Shown: positions 46,869 through 51,579 of the stretch, one piece after another
Layout of the letters: each line of letters opens with the position of its first letter
Position numbering within the stretch: position 1 is the first letter of the stretch
Assembly (NCBI GenBank): GCA_938049795.1
Contig: CALLCD010000186.1
Location: forward strand, 1 to 51,579
Origin: an uncultured Hyphomonadaceae bacterium
GTDB lineage: Bacteria > Pseudomonadota > Alphaproteobacteria > Caulobacterales > Hyphomonadaceae
DNA length: 51,579 nt
Direction of reading: 5' to 3'
The notes under the pieces: model-generated
Databases searched by the model: none
What the model was told of the DNA's origin: nothing
Seen by the model: the letters and a program-made list of their open reading frames with translations, nothing else
Position numbers and translations under genes: made by a program

Positions 46869-47507
46869 CTAACCAAGAGCGGCCAGCGCATCGGCCGGTT
46901 CAAGGCGGCGCGTATAGTCCTGATCAACATCCGCAAGTAGGATTTTGCCCGAACGGTCAGCCACGAAAGTCGCCGGAATGGGCAAGGCCCAGCCGGTCCC
47001 TTCATTAAAGGTCGGCAGATCCAGCCCGAAGCCCGAATACAACGCGACCAGATCGTCCGGCATATTGAAAGCAATGCCGAGCGCTTTGGCAAACCCGTTC
47101 TGCGCATCCGTCAAAATCGGAAAGCTCAGCGCGTTTTTCTCTTGGGTCGAGAGCGAATTGTCCGGCTTTTCCGGCGTCACACCAACAAGCTGGGCCCCGC
47201 GCGCCTGAAACTGTGGCAGCATATCCTGATAGGCTTTGAGCTCGAAATTACAATATGGACACCAGCCGCCGCGATAGAAATTCAGCACAAGCGGACCTTC
47301 AGACAGCAATTGGTGGATCTCGACCTGTTCACCGATCTGATTGGTCAGCATTGCATTGGGCAACATGTCACCGGCCTTAAGCGCCGAGCGGCCAATCCCT
47401 TCGGCTTCCAACTGCGCATTGACGCGCTCGATCGTAGCAATCGCTTCGGGCGGCATCCGTCCGGCAGAGGCTGCGCGGGTTTGCGCAAGAAGATCGGCAA
47501 GGGACAT
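46869..47507 (-). CDS. Peroxiredoxin-like / AhpC-TSA family thioredoxin-fold protein
   Basis: The FYRGGWCPYCNFELKAY motif is present. The start is chosen at MSLADLL (cat at 47505-47507). The track ORF extends to 47594. Confidence 0.8.
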   Translation of the reverse strand: MSLADLLAQTRAASAGRMPPEAIATIERVNAQLEAEGIGRSALKAGDMLPNAMLTNQIGEQVEIHQLLSEGPLVLNFYRGGWCPYCNFELKAYQDMLPQFQARGAQLVGVTPEKPDNSLSTQEKNALSFPILTDAQNGFAKALGIAFNMPDDLVALYSGFGLDLPTFNEGTGWALPIPATFVADRSGKILLADVDQDYTRRLEPADALAALG

Positions 47508-47635
47508 GGGACGCTCCGTTTCAGGCTGGCAAATCGAATGACCGCCAACAAGCCCCCTCGCGCCAATCACGCAAGTCAAGTTTAAGTGACCCAATGCCTT
47601 GGCATCCCCGCCCCATCCCGCATAGATTGCCCGCT

Positions 47636-48733
47636 ATGGCAGACGCATCACCTCCCGCCCGGAAAATCGGCATCACCGAGACCGGCTTTCTAACCGATAG
47701 CTGGTATCTCGCCGCCACCTCTGCCGAGCTCGAATCTGGCCGCCAATTCCGGCGCATTCTCCTCGGTGACCCCGTCATGCTCGGACGGACGGCGAGCGGC
47801 GAAGCCTTTGCCATGCGTGACATCTGCCCGCATCGGCTTGTGCCCCTGTCCGAAGGCAAACAGATCGAAACCGATGGCGCGCCCACCGTGCAATGCCCCT
47901 ATCATGGCTGGCGCTTTGGCACCGATGGCCATTGCAAGCTGATGCCCTCGCTCGCGCCTGGACAAGAGATAGACCCCGCCCGTGTCCGTGTGCGCACCTA
48001 TCCCTTGCACGAAGCCAATGGCGCAGTCTTCATCTACATCGCCCACGATCCGCGCAACACGGCCCCGCCTGTGCTCCCGCCACCCACTTTCGGCCCCCTG
48101 CCCGCAAAACCCAAATTCACACTCACCCGCACTTTCAACGCACATATGGATGACGCCGTGGTCGGCCTGATGGACCCCGCCCATGTCCCCTTTGTCCATT
48201 CGCAATGGTGGTGGCGTCCCCCCTCGGCCGGATTGAAACTGAAGGAAAAACCGTTCGAACCCCGCCCCCGCGGCTGGGCGATTGCCAAACACACACCCTC
48301 CTCCAACTCGCTCCCCTACCGCATCGTATTCGGCGGCGCAGTGACGACCGAGATCATCTTCCAGCTCCCCGGCTTTCGCTGGGAGATTGTCGAGAACGAG
48401 AAGACGCGGCTCCTAACGCTGACCTGCCTGACCCCCATCGCCCCAAAGGAAACACAGATCACGCAGCTGACATGGTGGACCGGCGCGCCGCTCTTAAACC
48501 TTGCCATCCCCCTCCTCAAACCCGCTGGCCACAAATTCCTCGATCAGGATGGCGATATGGTCGACCTGCAAAATCAGGGCCTCGCCTATCAGACAAATAT
48601 GCTCTGGATTGACGATATAGACGTGCAGGCCAAATGGTATCAGATCCTAAAGCGCGAATGGGCAAACGCCCGCACCGAGCCGCGCGATTTTGTCAATCCG
48701 ATAGAGCCGAGAGTGCTGCGCTGGATGAGCTAA
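47636..48733 (+). CDS. Rieske [2Fe-2S] non-haem-iron oxygenase (PaO/Tic55-like family)
   Basis: The Rieske motif is CPHRLVPLSEG...(17 aa)...CPYHGWRF. A mononuclear-iron region with HMDDAVVGLMDPAHVPFVH follows. The start is either 47636 (MADASPP) or 47594. Confidence 0.85.
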   Translation: MADASPPARKIGITETGFLTDSWYLAATSAELESGRQFRRILLGDPVMLGRTASGEAFAMRDICPHRLVPLSEGKQIETDGAPTVQCPYHGWRFGTDGHCKLMPSLAPGQEIDPARVRVRTYPLHEANGAVFIYIAHDPRNTAPPVLPPPTFGPLPAKPKFTLTRTFNAHMDDAVVGLMDPAHVPFVHSQWWWRPPSAGLKLKEKPFEPRPRGWAIAKHTPSSNSLPYRIVFGGAVTTEIIFQLPGFRWEIVENEKTRLLTLTCLTPIAPKETQITQLTWWTGAPLLNLAIPLLKPAGHKFLDQDGDMVDLQNQGLAYQTNMLWIDDIDVQAKWYQILKREWANARTEPRDFVNPIEPRVLRWMS

Positions 48734-48829
48734 CCGGCCCCACGCAAATCGCCGCGCGTGGATGCCGCACATGACTTTTCACAGCTTTGCGCCCATATTG
48801 CACCCAACGCAGACATTAGGAGCGCGGAC

Positions 48830-49039
48830 ATGCAAGGCATTCTTCCGATCATTCTCTACATTGTCGCCGCCGCTTTGCTTATTGTGCTCGCGCTCGGCCT
48901 CATCAATCTGACCCGTAAAGACGCCAAACAGGCCAGCCGCTCAAACATATTAATGCGCTGGCGGATTGGTCTTCAGGCGCTGGCTGTCGGCGTGATCGTC
49001 GTGATGGGATTTGTCGCCGGCGCGATCAATTTCGGCTAA
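48830..49039 (+). CDS. HIG1-domain twin-transmembrane small protein
   Basis: 69 aa from MQGILPIILYIVAAALLIVLALGLINL...RWRIGLQALAVGVIVVMGF, i.e. two TM helices joined by a basic loop. The track ORF starts earlier, at 48758. Confidence 0.7.
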   Translation: MQGILPIILYIVAAALLIVLALGLINLTRKDAKQASRSNILMRWRIGLQALAVGVIVVMGFVAGAINFG

Positions 49040-49051
49040 GGAACGGACAAT

Positions 49052-49624
49052 ATGGTCAAGCTCGACAAAATCTACACCAAAGCCGGAGACACGGGCAAAA
49101 CACGGCTCTCAACAGGCGAGCCCGTCGACAAATGGCACCCGCGTGTCCGCGCCTATGGCACCGTGGACGAAGTCAATGCCGCCCTCGGTGTCGCCGCCCT
49201 CTATGCCAGCGCCGATATGCTGGACGCCATCCGCCGCATCCAAAACGATCTCTTCGATCTCGGCGCAGATCTCGCCACCCCCGACACCGGCAAAGATCTC
49301 GGCTGGGACCCTTTGCGCATTGTCGCCAGCCAAACCGAACGGCTGGAGGCTGAAATTGACGCCATGATCGAAAAACTCGAACCGCTCGACAGTTTCATCC
49401 TGCCCGGCGGCACCCATCTCGCCGCCCAATGCCATGTCGCCCGCACACTATGCCGACGCGCCGAACGCGAAACCGCCGAGCTCGCCGCAAGCAATGGCGA
49501 AACCGTCTCCGCCGAAGCGCTCGCTTACATCAACCGATTGTCAGACTGGCTGTTCGTCGCCGGACGCGTGGCCAATGAAAACGGCCGCGATGATGTCAAA
49601 TGGGTGCCCGGCGCAAATCGCTAG
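49052..49624 (+). CDS. PduO-type ATP:cob(I)alamin adenosyltransferase
   Basis: MVKLDKIYTKAGDTGKTRL...RVRAYGTVDEVNAALG...IQNDLFDLGADLA...FILPGG. This is the canonical pattern. Confidence 0.9.
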   Translation: MVKLDKIYTKAGDTGKTRLSTGEPVDKWHPRVRAYGTVDEVNAALGVAALYASADMLDAIRRIQNDLFDLGADLATPDTGKDLGWDPLRIVASQTERLEAEIDAMIEKLEPLDSFILPGGTHLAAQCHVARTLCRRAERETAELAASNGETVSAEALAYINRLSDWLFVAGRVANENGRDDVKWVPGANR

Positions 49625-49812
49625 CGCGCAGATTTATCCGCAGGCCCGCCCTTGAGCACATAATGCCGGTCGCAATACCCGCACACAACCTCGCCATCCA
49701 AGCCCATTTCGAGAAAAACGCGCGGATGCCCAAGCGCCCCGCCCTCGCCAGAACAGGCCACACGGTGATCGTCGGTCAATATGATTGCGGCTTTGTCAGC
49801 ATCCTGTGTCAT
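49621..49812 (-). CDS. zf-CHCC zinc-finger domain protein
   Basis: 63 aa. ...VACSGEGGALGHPRVFLEMGLDGEVVCGYCDRHYV fits the CHCC Zn-finger pattern found in NDUFS6-like small proteins. It converges on the previous gene, sharing the CTAG at 49621-49624. Confidence 0.7.
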   Translation of the reverse strand: MTQDADKAAIILTDDHRVACSGEGGALGHPRVFLEMGLDGEVVCGYCDRHYVLKGGPADKSAR

Positions 49813-49920
49813 CGGTTCGCATCATCCTTTTACATTGCAGCGTGAAGCGCATGGGATTAGGTAAGGTCTCGACCTAGGTAGTTGCGGGCCTCATCCGCGT
49901 CAACTTTGAAAGCGCGCCCG

Positions 49921-50859
49921 ATGACCACGCCTGATCTTGCCATCCATGTCCAGGGCTTGAACAAGATCTACGCCGCCTCGGGCAAAATGCCAGAAAAACA
50001 CGCGCTCAAAGACCTCGATCTGGCCATCCCGCGCGGCTCAATTTTTGGCCTGCTTGGCCCCAATGGCGCTGGCAAATCCACCTTTATCAACACGCTGGCC
50101 GGCATGGTCACCAAAACGAGCGGCGCGGTCACCGTCTGGGGCTTTGACATCGACAAACACCCAAGACAGGCCCGCGCCGCCATCGGTGTCGTCAATCAGG
50201 AAATTGTCAGCGACCCGTTCTTCACGCCCGAAGAATCGCTTGAATTGATGGCCGGTTTCTTCGGCGTCCCCAAGGCCGAACGCCGGACCCTCGAAATCCT
50301 CGAAGCGGTGGGCCTTGCCGACAAAAGAGACGCCTATGTCCGCCAGCTCTCGGGCGGCATGAAACGGCGGCTCATGGTCGCCAAAGCGCTGGTCCACGCC
50401 CCGCCCGTACTCATTCTCGACGAACCCACCGCAGGCGTTGATGTCGAGCTGCGCCGCTCGCTCTGGGCCTATGTCCGCGAGCTTCATGCGGCGGGCACAA
50501 CCATCATCCTGACCACCCATTATCTCGAAGAAGCCGAAGAGCTGTGCGACACCATCGCCATCGTCAATCATGGCGAAATCATCGCCTGCGAGCCCACCGG
50601 CCAATTGCTCCGGCGGCTCGACCACAAAACACTAACCCTGACCCCCAAATCCCCGCTCGACGCAATCCCCGACACGCTCGCAGGGCTTGACACCGACCTG
50701 CGCGCGGACGGCAATCTCGCCATCACCTTCCGCTCCAGCGACACCGGCATCGGCCGCATCCTCGAAAAAGTCCGCGAGGCCGGCATCTCCATCGCCGATC
50801 TCGCCACCGAAGAACCAGACCTTGAGGACGTGTTCGTCGCGCTGACCAGCAATGTCTGA
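49921..50859 (+). CDS. ABC transporter ATP-binding protein (ABC-2 subfamily-like)
   Basis: Walker A is GPNGAGKST, the signature is LSGGMKRRL, and Walker B is LILDEPTAGVD. The start MTTPDLAIHVQGL is at 49921. The track ORF starts at 49882. Confidence 0.88.
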   Translation: MTTPDLAIHVQGLNKIYAASGKMPEKHALKDLDLAIPRGSIFGLLGPNGAGKSTFINTLAGMVTKTSGAVTVWGFDIDKHPRQARAAIGVVNQEIVSDPFFTPEESLELMAGFFGVPKAERRTLEILEAVGLADKRDAYVRQLSGGMKRRLMVAKALVHAPPVLILDEPTAGVDVELRRSLWAYVRELHAAGTTIILTTHYLEEAEELCDTIAIVNHGEIIACEPTGQLLRRLDHKTLTLTPKSPLDAIPDTLAGLDTDLRADGNLAITFRSSDTGIGRILEKVREAGISIADLATEEPDLEDVFVALTSNV

Positions 50860-51579
50860 TCCCGCCAAGCCCTCCAAGCGCGATCGACGTCTCCTCGCCC
50901 TGCTCCATCATCGCGAAAAACACCTGACCAAAGGCGACCCTATCGGCCTGCCGATCACCCCGACCAGCGCCTTCTTCCAGCCCGGCGAACCGGACGGCTC
51001 CTATTCCTACACGCGCGAGAACAATCCGACATGGGCCGCCGTCGAAGACCAGATCAGCCTGCTCGAAGACGCCCCCTCCGTCGCCTTCCCCTCCGGCATG
51101 GCCGCCATTGCCGCCACACTCTACAGCCAGCTGAGCGCAGGCGACACCATCCTCGTGCCGAGCGACGGCTATTTCGCCGTGCGCGCCCTCGCCGACACGT
51201 TCCTGACGCCCATGGGCATCAACACAATTAAGCGGCCCACCGCCGACTTTGCCAACGCCCCACTCGACGGCGTCAAACTCGTCTGGATCGAAACCCCGTC
51301 CAATCCCGGTCTTGATGTCTGCGACCTTGCCGACATGGCCAAACGCGCCCGCACCGCCGGTGCCATCAGCGTCGCCGACAACACGACCATGACCCCGGCC
51401 CTGCAATCCCCGCTCGACCTCGGCATCGACATTGTCGCCTGCTCGGACACAAAAGCCATGAACGGCCACGGCGACGCCCTGTTCGGCCATGTCGCCAGCC
51501 GCTCGGACACAATCATCGACCGCGTCCGGCTCTGGCGCAAACTCTCCGGCGCCATTCCCGGCCCGTTTGAAGCCGCCCA
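50852..51579 (+). CDS. Cys/Met-metabolism PLP-dependent enzyme (cystathionine gamma-synthase/lyase family), 3'-truncated by the window end
   Basis: This is my own translation, because the open-ended ORF is absent from the track. It reads MSDPAKPSKRDRR...PTSAFFQ...YSYTRENNPTWAAVEDQISLLE...AFPSGMAAIAATL...VWIETPSNPGLDV...CSDTKAMNGHGD. The last block holds the PLP-lysine context. The ATG at 50852 overlaps the ABC gene stop (ATGTCTGA). Confidence 0.85.
   Translation, partial: MSDPAKPSKRDRRLLALLHHREKHLTKGDPIGLPITPTSAFFQPGEPDGSYSYTRENNPTWAAVEDQISLLEDAPSVAFPSGMAAIAATLYSQLSAGDTILVPSDGYFAVRALADTFLTPMGINTIKRPTADFANAPLDGVKLVWIETPSNPGLDVCDLADMAKRARTAGAISVADNTTMTPALQSPLDLGIDIVACSDTKAMNGHGDALFGHVASRSDTIIDRVRLWRKLSGAIPGPFEAA

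Noticed and set aside
49621-49624. A 4-bp tail-to-tail overlap (CTAG) between the adenosyltransferase and zf-CHCC genes as a special regulatory feature.
   Set aside because: Convergent stop-codon overlap through a palindromic CTAG is a trivial consequence of TAG stops on both strands. There is no further structure around it.
1-51579. CRISPR arrays, rRNA/tRNA genes, prophage, IS elements, toxin-antitoxin pairs and known defence-system gene sets.
   Set aside because: I saw no regularly spaced direct repeats, no conserved RNA gene signatures in any intergenic gap, and no nuclease, helicase, methylase or reverse-transcriptase-like ORFs. The window is dominated by envelope and housekeeping genes.

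Overview
This 51.6-kb window looks like chromosomal DNA from a high-GC alphaproteobacterium. The taxonomic guess rests on a DUF1013/TrcR-like gene, the envC-ctpA-yibQ-like-rppH gene order, and succinoglycan-type exo-like genes. I call about 50 protein-coding genes. I found no rRNA, tRNA, CRISPR array, transposase or integrase.

Layout:
- 1-2.3 kb: TrcR-like regulator and an alanine/cation symporter.
- 2.35-4.4 kb: a tight minus-strand operon of a ParA-like ATPase, a 119-aa unknown protein and an SDR.
- 4.5-26.3 kb: a roughly 22-kb Wzx/Wzy-dependent exopolysaccharide locus. It holds six GT2 genes, one other glycosyltransferase, an ExoY-like priming sugar transferase, two MOP flippases and a Wzy/O-antigen-ligase-like polymerase. 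It also holds a truncated OPX lipoprotein, an outer-membrane beta-barrel, a Wzc/ExoP-type BY-kinase co-polymerase, a PPP-family phosphatase, rfbF and an ExoK-like GH16. Three long AT-rich regulatory gaps interrupt it.
- 26.6-29.9 kb: an uncharacterised three-gene module of a secreted retropepsin-like peptidase, a cysteine-free transglutaminase-like/7TM protein and a RimK-like ATP-grasp ligase.
- 29.9-33.1 kb: housekeeping genes (RibD-like deaminase, purU, gpmA, AGE epimerase).
- 33.2-39.4 kb: a six-gene translationally coupled operon (unknown membrane protein, kpsF, GldA/F/G-type ABC system, DUF4340-like).
- 39.5-51.6 kb: acnA, rppH, a divergent polysaccharide deacetylase, ctpA, an EnvC-like protein, a peroxiredoxin-like protein, a Rieske oxygenase, a HIG1-like protein, a PduO-type adenosyltransferase, a zf-CHCC protein, an ABC ATPase and a partial Cys/Met-metabolism PLP enzyme.

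The best candidates for under-described biology are:
- the ATP-grasp/7TM/peptidase triad next to the EPS locus;
- the PPP phosphatase sitting where a Wzb would normally be;
- the short OPX plus beta-barrel export pair;
- the ParA-like operon at the edge of the EPS locus;
- the kpsF-GldAFG-DUF4340-like operon.

All family assignments come from reading motifs and recalling families. No homology search was run.
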